Part shown: positions 14,485 to 27,482 of the stretch, piece by piece
How the letters are laid out: every line of letters begins with the position of its first letter
Position numbering within the stretch: position 1 is the stretch's first letter
The notes under the pieces: model-generated
Database searches by the model: none
The model's input: the letters and a program-made list of their open reading frames with translations, nothing else
What the model was told of the DNA's origin: nothing
Origin: the human T2T-CHM13v2.0 reference genome, Homo sapiens
Direction: 5' to 3' (one strand)
NCBI RefSeq assembly: GCF_009914755.1
Contig: NC_060925.1
DNA length: 64,000 nucleotides
Made by a program: the position numbers and the translations under genes

Positions 14485-14780
14485 AATTTTTCTTTTAATT
14501 ATTTTTTCTTTTGAATTTCTTTTAATTTGTTTTTTCTTTTAATTTCTTTTTCCCTGTTCCCTTTTTCCTTTACTTTTTTAATTGATTTTTGCCTTCATTT
14601 GGCTGTGTAATTCTTTTAACTCCTAGGTTTGTGTTCCTCTGTGAATTCCCTCCTTCCTTCTTTAAGTGCAGCCTCTATTAGAACACTTTACTTCTTTTTC
14701 TTTCTCGTAGTCTCCAAACAGGTTCTCTTTCTTCCATCTTACCCCACTACACTCTAATGTCATACTCTTCTTTATTTCTC
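14485..14780. repeat. T/CT-rich low-complexity tract
   Basis: About 300 bp strongly pyrimidine-biased on the + strand. Confidence 0.7.
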
Positions 14781-16839
14781 TGCTCAGAGGGACTTTTCCC
14801 AGAGGAAACTGTTCAAGGATCAATTTTCATTTGGGGTCAAATTTTATAACTCTCTCCCCTAAAATACTTTTATGTGATTTACTAATGATGAAGAGATAAT
14901 TAATATATATCTGCATAACCAATTTTATTCTTTTGATTTTTATTCTTTTCTAAGTTACATTTTATTTCTCAAACCAAGCTTCGAGCATCTAAGTTATAAT
15001 AAATGATTTAATGAGTGTTTGTTTATCCCTTTAAAATACTAGCATAAGATGCTACCAACCACTCAATAACTGATTTTGCAGGAAGAGTAAAATAGAGATT
15101 TCAAGAATTAGCCAGTAAATAAGACAAATAACTTGAAGAATCTTGATGTTTTTCTTATAAGCATTCGAAAACCTCTTTTCCATAAGTGGTTGAAATATTT
15201 TTCCTAGTTGAGATATTTTCCTGGTAATTATGAGAATGGTTTTTCTATTTATTGTACTGTGTTTACATATAGATAGGCAATCTTTAGAGTATTTTTTTGT
15301 GTAGTTTCCATTATACTGTGAATGCTTATGGGAGAATAATTGTCAAAAGTAAACATGAGTAAAACATCTTATTTTCTCTGGGAACCATAATCTGCAATAG
15401 ATTCCATGGTATGATATTAATGTACTTCATCATAAAAATATTTTAATGTAAAATAAGTTTTCTTTCAACATAAGAATTCAGATAAAATTATAAATATAAA
15501 TTCCTAAGTAGCTGTGGTCTTTAACCCTCAAAAGTACATGAGACTGTAACACCTCGTAACACAGATACTCATTGAAAACTCTCATTAGCATTTTTTCAAC
15601 TTATTTCAATAGAAGAATATAAGTAAAATGTTACAGTTAACACATCCAGAACTAAACATTTGGATATCATTCTGTAGCTGGTTTATGAAAGGTTTAGTTA
15701 CATTGTCAAGGTCACTTAAGCAAGCAGTGACAGATCAATTGTTCCTAGCAATATTCACTTTTCTTCCATTTTCCTACTCTTTCTTGATTCAGGTTTGAGG
15801 ACTGACAGGTATATTATTGTCAAGAGCTAGCAAACTAACATAATGAAATGATTTACGTTTTGAGTGAAGAAACTATTATGAATCCTGGTGGAAAATTTGT
15901 GCGGAACAGCAGTCTATTCTGCTCTTCTCTCTTAGCTTTCCCACTATCCCTCATTTTTTTTTATGACCTATAACCAATATCCACTGTCAGTAATTTCACT
16001 ACAGACCTTGAGAAGAACAAAGCTGTCCCCACACTCCCCCACATACCCCTCACCTTTCCACCTCCTCTCCATCACCGCTACCCCCTGCCCCCTCTCCAAC
16101 CCAGGTCCTTTCCTTTTCTCTCTCTTATCAAGATTGGAGCTCCAGATAAGACAATTTAAACTTCCATCCTCAGCGATGGCCTGTGATCCTCTCCTCCCAA
16201 CTCCCATCAAGCCAAATCTTTGGGAGGCTTGTTATTCAACCTTTCACCAGACAGAGTGAACATGGAAACAAAACAATAACTGATTTCCTACATCAAAAAG
16301 CTTACATGAGTCCATTAAAAAAGAGAAAAGAGATGGCAGACTAACTTCTAAAGCCCACCAAGCCTATGAAAACCCCCTGCTTCTCACTCCTCGAATGTCA
16401 CAAATTCTATTGATCATTGCTGATAGTATGATAGATTATTTTATTTTTTATTAGTTCCTGTTACAATTCTGAATTTTCAGTTTGGCTGCTGGTTTATTTT
16501 AGACATCCCTCTAAAAGGTAAATTATGGAATGTGGGTTTTTTTGTGTTTCTGTGTCTTTGAATTTAGGATAAAAACTGTAAAGTGGATAAAGCCTCAAGT
16601 AGGCTAATTGCCATCATTTACAAACATGCACATATAACTGGTAAATAGAAAATAGCCAATAATTACGTGGGAAATAAGCATGTGATAATTTGCAGAATTT
16701 TATATGTCAACCAAAAAAAATGTGTAAAGCATAACAAAAACCCAAAACCCTAGAGAACTCATTCCTGTTTTCATAAGAACTGCCTCTCACTTCTGATTGG
16801 TGAGCCTGGGCCAAAAATAACGGAGGTCTGGTGCTAAGC

Positions 16840-17080
16840 AGAATAGTGTTGTGCAAAGAGCTCTGGGGTAGGTATCAAATATTCTGGGTTTGGTGACATC
16901 TCTACCACAACCTATTTTTCAGTAACTTGGGCAAGACACTTGAGTCTCTCCAACCTTGATTTTTCTCAACCATAAGAAATGTGGCTGTATTATATGCTCA
17001 GCCAACTCCCTAATTTGTTACGAAGTTTAAATTAAACAATGTAAGTGAAATCGTTTTGTAAAATGTAAGTATATCTAATG
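16840..17080 (+). mobile_element. MIR SINE
   Basis: gcagaatagtgttgtgcaaagagctctgg...aacttgggcaagacacttgagtctctc...aatgtaagtgaaa. Confidence 0.7.
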
Positions 17081-18355
17081 TAACGTTTCTCTTGTTTTCA
17101 ATAAAAGACCTATCATGGATTAATGATTAATGAGTCTGACTCCTCACAACCTCTACACATCCTTTCCTCACATCTGAGAGGGGAAAACAAATGAACTCAA
17201 TCCTCAGGAAATTTTTTCTGAGTGGCATATTTTTCTCAGTTGGTTTTTACTGTACAGAAGTAGGCTGATTGGTGTTTTATTCAAGGGACATGCCTGGTAG
17301 GCATAGGGCTTAACTTGACCACTGGAAGTGCTTTATCTTGCCTTCATTAAGACCATACAGCATTTCGGAGGCAATGTGAGCAGGCAGACTTATGCTTGCT
17401 CATAGTACAAGTGGCTTTCACCTATATGCTTGTATCAGATTAGTGGCACCCAGTCATGTTGACCGCCACCTCCTGCAGGCAGTTGAGCTTGTTTGTGATC
17501 CTTTTCTTTGTCAAATATTTATTATCTTTGTGAAAAGCCCCAGATACTCTGAGATACTCAAAGAACGAAAGCACAAGATAGCATGTGTCTCCTTGGATCT
17601 GATTAATGCTCTGATAGTGGAGTGAAATTAAGTAGACAACAAATTGCAATATACAGCAGCATTTGACAAATTCTGTATGTGTTGTTAAGAGAATAAGGAT
17701 TGCGGAAGCAATCATATCTAGCTGAGGTGATGTGAAATGACTAGGTGGAGCAGAAAATATCTTCCGTTGAAGAGTGGGAGAAATTTTAGAGGACGGAGAA
17801 AGAAGGTTTGGTACCAAGGAAGTGCACTGTAGACAGAATGCCAAAGACTTTGGAGATGCTTAGGAACAAAGCTACTTTTTAAATGCCTGGATCCATTGTC
17901 ATATCATCAGATAGCCTTTCTAATTTTGCATTGCAAATCACAAATAAAATGCCCTCAGGGTTTTATCAGTTGACTCTCAAGAATCAATTGGTATTAAATA
18001 TAATTCCTGTAAATATAATACATACTGAAATATTAGGTCCTATTATTATTATTATGCATATTAGTGAATATATCTTTAAAATTATTGTTTTAATTAGATT
18101 AGACTAACTAGAATGGCAACTGTCACTTATGTTACTATCCATGGTATTATGTTAAGAGTTCTAGTACACTAGCTAGTTAATGATCATAACTGGTCTGTTA
18201 AAAAGCCTTCAATTAAAATTTAGTCCTTTTGCAACATAAAAGGCCTGGAAGTCTAAACTCAGATCATACCTGAACTGAGAATAACTTCTAGTTTAGTTAA
18301 GACTGCCAGTGAAGAGTAGTAAAAACAGTTCTGGACAAGAAAATAGAAGACCTAT

Positions 18356-18756
18356 TACAGTAGGCCATTCTTGCATTGCTATCCATAAATACCTGACACT
18401 GGATAATTTATAATGAAAACAGGTTTAGTAGACTCATGGTGCTACAGGCTACACAAACAGGATGTCAGCATCTGCTTGGCCTCTGGAGAGGCCTCAGGAA
18501 GCTTTCACTCATGGTGGAAGGTGACACAGAACCAGACGTCTCACATGGCAGAGGGGGAGCAAAAAAGAATGGACGAGAGTGCTACACACTTTTAAAAACC
18601 AGATCTTGTGAAAACTCACTCATTATCTTGAGGACAGCACCAAGCCATGAAGGATCTGCCCCCATGAACCAAGCACCTCCACCTGGCTCCACCTCCAGGG
18701 TTGGGGATTATAATTCAACATAAGATTTGGCAGGGATGTATATTCAAACCATATCA
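18356..18756 (-). mobile_element. MSTB-type MaLR solo LTR (inserted in a MIR)
   Basis: taggccattcttgcattgctat...gcatctgcttggcctctggagaggcctcaggaagcttt...attcaaaccatatca. Confidence 0.88.
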
Positions 18757-18876
18757 ACTCTGTTTTGTTCTCAACTCTGCCCTTATCTAACTGGGCACTT
18801 TTGATTTATAATTTCTTGAGAACAATCTTGAATTTTCAGGGATTAAGTGAATGGATTATTAACACAAGCCTTGAAG

Positions 18877-19977
18877 TGTTGCAGGAAGTCAGGGACCTGG
18901 AACGGAGAGACTGGCTGGAGCCAAGGCAGAAGAACATAAATTGTGAAGATTTCATGGACATTTATCAGTTCCCAAAATTAATACTTTTATAATTTCTTAC
19001 GCCTGTCTTTATTGCAATCTCTGAACATAAATTGTGAAGATTTCATGGACATTTATCACTTCCCTAATAATACTCTTATAATTTCTTATGCCTGTCTTTA
19101 CTTTAATCTCTTAATCCTGTTATCTTCGTAAGCTGAGATTGTGTGTCACCTCAGGACCACTATTGTACAAATTGATTGTAGAAAGCGTGTTTGAACAATA
19201 TGAAATCTGATTGTAAAACGTGTGTTTGAACAATATGAAATCAGTGCACCCTGAAAAAGAACAGAATAACAGCAATTTTCAGGGAACAAGAGAAGATAAC
19301 CATAAGGTCTGACTGCTTGCAGGGTCAGGCAGAATACAGCCATATTTTTCTTCTTGCAGGGAGCCTATAAAAGGACGTGTGAGTAGGAGAAATATCGCTG
19401 AATTCTTTTCCCAGCAAGGAATATTAATAATTGATACCCTGGGGAAGGAATGCATTCCCGGGGAGAGGTCTATAGACGGCCACTCTGGGAGTGTCTGTCT
19501 TATGCAGTTGACATAAGGATTGAAATATGCCCTGGTCTCCTGCAGTACCCTCAGGCTTGCTAGGATAGGGAAATTCCAGCCTGGTAAATTCTAGTCAGAC
19601 CGGTTCTCTGCTCTTGAACCCTGTTTCCTGTAAAGATGTTTATCAAGACAATGAGTGCACACTGGGACATAGACCCTCATCAGTAATTCTAATTTTGCCT
19701 TCACCTTGTGATCTTTATTGCTCTTTGAAGCATGTGATCCTTGTGACCTACTCCCTGTTCATACACCCTCTCCCATTTTAAAATCCCTAATAAAAACTTG
19801 CTGGTTTAGCAGCTCGGGGTCGCCATCACAATCCTACCAATATGTGATGACACCCCCAGAGGCCCAGCTGTAAAATTTCTCTCTTTGTACTCTTTCTCTT
19901 TATTTCTCAGACCGGCCGACACTTAGGGAAAATAGAAAGAACCTATGTTGAAATATTGGAGGCTGGTTCCCCTGGTA
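18877..19977 (+). mobile_element. MER11 solo LTR (HERV-K11/HML-8)
   Basis: Starts tgttgcaggaagtcagggacc, has the typical internal repeats (gaacataaattgtgaagatttcatggacatttatca x2), AATAAA near 19789, and ends ggctggttcccctggta. Perfect 6-bp TSD ttgaag (18871-18876, 19978-19983). Confidence 0.95.
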
Positions 19978-20439
19978 TTGAAGTGCTGTTGAAAGAAGGG
20001 CAGATTTGGGAATGGAACCAGAAATGTCTGAAAAATTTGGGACCATCCCTAAACCTGGAATTTACCCACTTACCAATGTCTACATTGTTTACACTAAAAT
20101 TCCTTTGTTCTCCAAAGACACAAAGTTGAACATTAGATTTGTTTACTGAACATGTTAATCTGTCCTAAGGTGAAAGGAATATAATAGAAAAAGCATAAAG
20201 TACCGAGGGAAGAACCATGAATGTGTTGCAATCACTGGAACAGATATCCCTAATTCCCTGGGGCTGAAGTTAAAAGTGCTTTGAGGAATTGGAGAAAACT
20301 TCTAGGGATCCATCTATATGACAGCTGTTTGAAGCAGTGTGTCACATGCATGAGCATGGCCCCCTCCTCTCTGTATGAGAGGTACAACTTTGCCACACCA
20401 CAGCCACATTCACAAGGAAGAGTTATGCTGCTTCATGAA

Positions 20440-20900
20440 ACTTAAATGATGGTATATGGCAGCCAGGCATCCTAATTACAAATGGTAAAGTAGGTTCCAG
20501 CTAGTTTAAGCAGAAAAGGTTTTACAAAGGCATAGTGGATAGTTTTATGAAACATCAGGGAAGGCCAGAGAACCAGATTTGGTTTTTAATGTCAGTAAAA
20601 AAAAAATGCCCAACCACACCATGGGACTCTTCTAATGGAAACAGCTGTGAAGTTGATACCCACACTTAGGAACCTTGGACTTGTCTGGACGCCAATATCC
20701 CATGCTGTCCAAAAAATCCGATTTCCCTTTGACCAGCTGCCACCTTATGCAGGTGCATGTGATTGGAAGAAACTGATCACAGGCCTGCAGCCTAGCTGGA
20801 AGGGAGTCAATAGGGTGTTGTTTTTAGCTTTCCAGCCTACATTGTAAAGAAAAGAAAACTAGAAAGATGTTGAAACGTATGCTAAGTAAGCCAAATTTCA
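20440..20900 (-). mobile_element. Ancient MLT1-type LTR remnant
   Basis: ccagctagtttaagcagaaaagg... and gattggaagaaactgatcacaggcctgcagcctagctggaagggag resemble old MLT1 LTRs. Confidence 0.4.
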
Positions 20901-20902
20901 GG

Positions 20903-20979
20903 ATCCTGTTATCTTCGTAAGCTGAGAATATACATCACCTCAGGACCACTATTGTACAAATTGATTGTAGAACATGTGT
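20903..20979 (+). mobile_element. Isolated 77-bp MER11 LTR fragment
   Basis: 69/77 identical to 19114-19190 of the upstream solo LTR. Confidence 0.9.
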
Positions 20980-20987
20980 AATGTCAA

Positions 20988-21245
20988 ATAATAACAATAA
21001 TAATGGCAATCATCATCTTTCATATAGCACTTATTGTATACAAGTTCCTGCTTTCAGCCTTTTAGCTGTTTTAATTTACTTAATCCTTAAAAATATGGTA
21101 TAAGTACAGTACTCATTTGCATTTTATAAAAAATGAGGCACAAGAGGCTTAGTTAGTTGCCCCAGATCATGTACCTGTTCAATGGCAGAAGCAGGCAATG
21201 GGTCTTGGCAATCCATCTCCAGAGGCCATGACCTGCACTGCTAGC
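20988..21245 (-). mobile_element. MIR SINE
   Basis: tagcacttattgtatacaag...catttgcattttataaaaaatgaggcacaagaggcttagttagttgccccagatcatg. Confidence 0.75.
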
Positions 21246-24200
21246 CCATGCCTCCTTTCATGCACAGAGGGAGGGGACTCTGACAACTAGGGAGGAAGCA
21301 GGAGTTACAAAAGCTCTCTGGTAATCAAAATCAGTTAACCCAACTTTACTTGCTTTGGAAAAAAAAAAAAAAAAAAGCTCTGAACTAGAATTTGGCCCAA
21401 ACTGGAATTCAACCATAGAATACAGAGCAAACCTACCAAGTAAAGGAATTTTTTTTCTTCTAGGACACAATGAAGGTTGTGCAGCTTGACTGTGCTGTGC
21501 TGTGCAGGTTGGCAAGAAGCAGTCTTGTTATTTCTATTTCTCCCAGCCCAGTCTTTTTGCTTTACTGACATAAGAAAACTTGACTGCTGGCATAGCAGAG
21601 TAATGTTTCTAGGAAAGGTCAGGGGATATTGTGTTCTGCCTCTTGACATCATCAAGGCAATCTCTGGCCTGACTGTAATTACAGATCTTTATCAATGGCC
21701 AAGAGAAGAGAAGGTAGGAATGCAGTTTGAGTTTCAAATCCCAGGGTGCTCATGTAACATAAAAAATTGAGAAAAATAATCTCTGACTTGTAAACTGAGA
21801 AAATTTGAAATGGAAATCATTGAGATAAAACAAATATTGACTCTCAGTCTAACGGTTTATAACTACATTTTAAAAATGCATCAGCTGGATTTGCTAGGAC
21901 AGCAATAGCTGCCTTTTCCTATTTGATGTTTTTATTGTCTGATTTTGATGTGAAATTTTTGTCCTTTGATGTCTGGATTGTGAGAACACATATGCCTGTT
22001 AATTACTTTATTTAGAAATACTATTGTTCAGATGTTAGCATGGTTCATGCTTGGACGTCCTAGGGACAATAAGGCTCTCTAGGGGGTACTTGGTCTGATG
22101 AAAATGTTGTTCCTGAATGATCATTTCTTCCTTGCATAAGTGTGCTAATAAATACCACTAATGAACATATTAAATATGGTTCTTCCTCCATTATGTACTA
22201 GGTCACCCCTAAACATATCACAGATTCATTTTACTTACAAAATGGAGCCATTTATAATATTTCCTCTTTAGAGTACTTTACTACTTTAGAGATTTTCTGT
22301 TGAAAAACTATTTATTACTTTTCCCCCATGTGGAATGATTAAAAATATTAGAAAGATGTAAATCTGAATATCATCAGAAAGAAGAGAAAAAAGTGAAAAA
22401 ATAGCATAGAAAAAGATATAAACATTTTGGTAAGGTCACTAATAAAATTTGTTTTCTATTCAGTAGGTAAAGAGAAGAGCTTTAAATACTGTATCCATGT
22501 AACATTCTTATAATGTACAGTTCTTTGCCTTCAGTAAATACATTTGAGCCAAGTCAAATCGTGTTCCAAGGGAGTATAATTTAAGAACAACTTTGTTAGG
22601 AAACCCATCAAGATAGTGTAGTTACACAGATGTTTTCCTGGTGGTAGAATAGCTGCATTCTAAAACATTGAAGGAGGAAGGATTGCCTTACATTCAGCAA
22701 ATACATAAGAACATTCAATAGGCAGCTTGGTTGTTCTAAAGGTAGACATTCCTGTTGCCCCTATGCATTCTTGTTTACTATAGTCCTTTTATTCTATAAG
22801 CAGATGACATCAACATATGTGCACCAACTTTTAAAAAGCTATAGCAGGCTTTCTGAGTCATATTTCTATGACCTGTATTCTATTATATCATGTGGCATCA
22901 ATACAAACATAACTGATAGTAATGGAGCTGCTTTGGTGAAATCTTTTGGCTAATTTTATGTTTTCTGATGCAAAGTAGAACATTATCTCTTCCTGTTTAA
23001 GCTCTATATCTCACAATTAAATAAGAGTTTACAAAGATTTCTATAATCTCTCACTTATTTTTACCCATATAGATTTTAAACATAACCTTAAAGAAACCTT
23101 GAGACTTTTGGAAGATATGTCATTAGGATAATTTTAAGTCACATAGCAAATCAGAAGAGTGAAATGTAAGAAGACATGAGAAATACCTTTTCTGTTTTAA
23201 TAAGTAAGCATCTAGAAAGACTGCATGTTCCTGATTAGAAAGTAAGACTATTTTGCAAGCAAGGGAAATATAAAAAGACAGGAGAAAGAGTTCCTTGGAG
23301 TGTTTCATCATTTACCAGACAGTCCTTTGAATGGTAACCAATAAAAGCAGGCTATCACTATTAGCACCATTCATTACATCGCTAGAACATATTGATTACT
23401 TGGTTTTCAAGAAAATTACATAATAAATTCAGACTTGATTCACCATTTCCTTTTTCTATATTTGTTCTGATTTGCTGTTGAATCCATTTTTTATACATTT
23501 AACTCTGACTGTTTTCTCTATAGAGGAATGTGTGTTTCACATAATGAGCAGGATCGAATTTGCGTTCAGATTATTAATGGATTGGTAACAACTGTCACTG
23601 TGCCATTCTTCTCTCAACAGCTGTTTATATTTTATTTAAAATCTGTAAAAACATTTTCATGTAGTACCTTGATCTGTATAATAATTTCCTTTTGTTCCAA
23701 GCTGTTGAAGGTGTCTTTGAACCCACTAGAAACTATTCATCTATTCCTTCAAGACAGGTTCACTTTCATCATAAAAAATGAACATCATGAAAAATGAACT
23801 CTGAAATCAAAGTAAGAAAACAAAGGTGAGTGAACTCTACAAGGCAATAGAATAAAAGTCGAGGCAGCTGCTGAAAATGATCAGTCACTATTGTTCTAAC
23901 TCACTCTTGATTTGTACCACGAAGCAGTCTTGGTGCACTACACCAAATCTTTTCCTGTTACCTTTTGTGTTCACTCACTGCTTACAGCCTTTCTAAAAAT
24001 TCAGCTCACTGTTTGTCACAGTCAGGAACAAGTCTGTTAAGCTCCCCTAGTTGATAAGTAGGCGTTGTTACTTATGGATATCCTGTTGTGCTTGCCTCCT
24101 GTAGTCTTGAATTTTCTTATTGTTCAAGCCAAAATGATCTCAGAACAGCATTCTTTGTAAAATACAATGTCTACTTAAAAATTTGTCAATGTGCTTCTAA

Positions 24201-25729
24201 AAATAACTTGGATATGAGTACAAATGACTGTCCTCTCCACATGCTTCGTAGTGATTAAAGTAAAACCAGAAAAAAAAAAAATCTTCCAAATGGAAAAAGG
24301 AGGCAGAGCACATCCTACAAATTGCTATATAACCCACAAAATGCCATGAAAAGAGCTTCCTTTGTGAAGCAAAGGATGAATAAAAGCATGTGAGTCCAAA
24401 ATATGCAAGTAGAGAAAAAAATAAAGAGACAAAAGCTTTTACTGCTTTGTCAATACAGGATATGAATAAGTTGAACTGGGTGAGCTGGGGGTAGGGTGTA
24501 AGGAAGAAGAGAAAGGCTGAGGAGAGAAGACTGAACAACAGACGTCTGAGAGAACAGGGAGGTTTTGAGCATGCACATTTACAAATAATCTTTCTCTAGT
24601 ACAAGCAGAAAGTATTCCTTTTTATTCACTTTATGTAACAATCCCTGTTTTATGGGGAACTCTAGAATCAAATTGTGAGGGATTTCTTGAGTCATATTTA
24701 ATACCATTTTCCCATGACGTTTTAGATGCAAAGATTCCAGATATTTATTAAGAATCAGATCATGATTTTCATGATATTTAACATCTTAAAGCATTCTTTG
24801 TGTACAAAGTAGTTCTTCCTTGTACTCAGAAAACTGCTGCTCATCAGTGAAGGGAGGTGAGAAAGACTGGGTTTAAGGAAACGAGGCTTCAGGCTGCAAA
24901 AGGAGATGCTTGAGTCTACCATCTAAACAAAGCCCAAGAAAAAATAGCAAAATATTTCCAAAGAGAAGTATGTTTATTTGTAGCCTCAGGAGAGGCAATT
25001 TATGTGCCAATAATTTACGTGGGTTTTATGTGCCTATTAGTTTCCTATTCAATCAAAAAATGTGTACTTACCATGGCAACACCCATCTCTCCTGATACGC
25101 AGTCTAATTGTGAATCATGCAGAGCACCTTCTTAAAGCAACACACAAACAAGCCATCAGATCCCAATACATGCAAATTTCTTTAAAACATATCATTGGAA
25201 CAGATGTGCTCCAAATGCTATTTTTATTTTAGAAATGCTTTTTGTAGTTCACATGTTAATGGTAATTCTGAGTTTAAATGAGCTATTTAAAAATCAAGTT
25301 GCAAAATAGTAAGCACCATAAACTTACAAGTGATCTTTAAAAAAGAAATATGTCCATTTATTAAAGAGTCAATTTTCTAAATTAGTTGTTCTATTAGTTA
25401 TAAGGTAATTAGGTTATCTTCTGTTTCCTCAAAATATCTGTTTTTATTTTCTCTGCATAATTGTAATCAAATATATTAATGGAAAGAGATGGTTAAAAAT
25501 TTGCTCCTCTTCATTTTTTTGTCTTTATTTTGATGGTCCCTATCTTTGTAAATATTCTGGTTATTACATTGATACATTGGATGAGATCTATTTAAGAACT
25601 TTGGATGGCTTTAGAAGAATTCAGATTATTTTCTATTTTAAATTATTCAGTTTGCATACATATTTGTACATAATGCAAATGCTTCCTGTTATCTTCAATA
25701 TATTTGGAATATACTGTTGCTGAAATAAT

Positions 25730-25955
25730 TAGATAGCTTAGTGGCCAAGAGCAGAGGTTCTACATCCTAACTGTTTGTGTTTGATTATAAATTCTACTGT
25801 TTAAAAGCTGCAGACATTAAGCAAATTATTTAGTCTTTCTTTGGGCCTCCTTCTGATTGATTGTAAAAATAGGATAACTAACCTCATAGGGCTGTTGTGG
25901 AAATGGCATGAATTAGTATATATCTGGCATATAATATGTTTGCAATATGTTAGCA
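25730..25955 (+). mobile_element. MIR SINE
   Basis: tagcttagtggccaagagcagagg...gtaaaaataggataactaacctcatagggctgttgtgg. Confidence 0.7.
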
Positions 25956-26109
25956 AAAATGATTGGACCATAATCTAATATGTCTAGCAGTTTATATAGT
26001 ACTTATTTAAATAAGACATTATAAAGCTTACCTTATATACTATACAAAGCCATATAAATAGATAATTTCACTGTAAAATAGCCTTTTATGACAAAGATGA
26101 GTTAATTTC

Positions 26110-26285
26110 CTACATCTTCTGTCATAGTTGTTAGACAAATTCTCTGAGCCTAGTTTTTTCATTAATAAAATAAGGATAATAACATGTAGCCTTATAGGAT
26201 TGTTATGGGGAGTCAATAAAATAATATAAATCAAATTTCAATGCAGTGAAAGGCATATGATACTCATTCAATGAATAATGGTTTT
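26110..26285 (+). mobile_element. MIR SINE
   Basis: ctctgagcctagttttttcattaataaaataaggataataac...cttataggattgttatgggg. Confidence 0.7.
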
Positions 26286-26383
26286 CTTAAACCTGTAGCA
26301 CAATCGGTTTATAATTGAAGGTACTTTCTACAATAGAGAGTAAAATACATATGTCTACATAATATTTTAAAGTATTGAATATG

Positions 26384-26667
26384 TAGAAAAAGAGGAGCAA
26401 GTTAAACCTAAAGAAAACACAAAGAAAGAAAAAATAAAAATTAAAGCAGAAATTAATGAAATTGAAAACAAGAAAATAGACAAAAATCAATGAAATCAAA
26501 AGCTAGTTCATTGAAAAGATCAATAAAATTAATAAGCCTCTGGCTAGGCTAACTAAGAAAAAAAGACAGAAGTCACAGATTAGTAATCTTAGAAATGAAA
26601 GAGGGAGCATCGCTACAGATCCCATGGATATTAAAAGGATATTAAAGAAATACCATGAAACAACTAT
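26384..26667 (+). mobile_element. L1M ORF2 internal fragment
   Basis: aaagcagaaattaatgaaattgaaaac...gaaaagatcaataaaatt...gaaatgaaagagggagcatcgctacagatcccatgg matches L1 ORF2 between the EN and RT domains. Confidence 0.85.
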
Positions 26668-26926
26668 GAGAACGGTATAAATCTGTACATTTGTATATTT
26701 AGAAATTTTTCCACCAATATATACTCATTATCTTAAAAATTCCTTGAGAGTAATCTAGAGTTATTTTAATTGTCATAGTTCAATATGCAAGTCATTAAAT
26801 ACCTTTCTAAAATATTAATATTATAATTAATATTGTCACTCCATTATTTTATATGTAGCTAAGTAATAAGAATAAAAAATAAATCTTGATATACAAAACT
26901 TCCAGAAAATAAACTACATCTCCCAC

Positions 26927-27111
26927 ATTTTATAAAATAATACTTAAGAACTACCCTAGTTGACCTAGAGATTACAAATAAATATGTATATTTGTACATA
27001 AAATATGTATATTTTTACATAAATATAAAATTATTTTATAAAATAATACTTAAGAACTACCCTAGTTGACCTAGAGATTACAAATAAATATGTATATTTG
27101 TACATAAAATA
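26927..27111. repeat. Perfect 79-bp direct duplication with 27-bp spacer
   Basis: 26927-27005 is identical to 27033-27111. Confidence 0.95.
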
Positions 27112-27482
27112 ACAGAAAAAAACACAGAAAATTAGGGCTTTTTCCCTGCACAATTTGGATCTCAAATTAAAGAATTTAATATTTGTTGGCTAGATTTAAT
27201 ACATTGTGAGTAAATTGCCATCCTGTCCTCAGAACTTCTTCCTCAAATATTTTCTGAGTTCTAAGAAATTTGTTTATAAATTCAATGCTTGGCCCCACAA
27301 TTCAAATAACTCTAATGATAATTTTTATATCCATACATTTAGACGATACAAACAATGTATTAATCCAGCTGTTATTTTATTGGCTAAACTATGTGCTTGG
27401 AACACCGAGAGAGAAAAATTACCTAAATATATATTTTTTCAGGGTTCTCAAAAAAAAAAAAAATAGAAGTAGAATTGAGAAT

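Noticed and set aside
16020-16210. C-rich tract as a minus-strand G-quadruplex or promoter
   Set aside because: C-runs are irregularly spaced, there is no CpG enrichment, and it is plausibly an old L2 or low-complexity remnant.
17440-17844. 134-aa minus-strand ORF in unique sequence
   Set aside because: Non-ATG start, no recognisable domain or convincing splice sites. Length is compatible with chance in 64 kb.
18931-19245. Internal direct repeats in the MER11 LTR
   Set aside because: Characteristic of MER11 family LTRs, not locus-specific.
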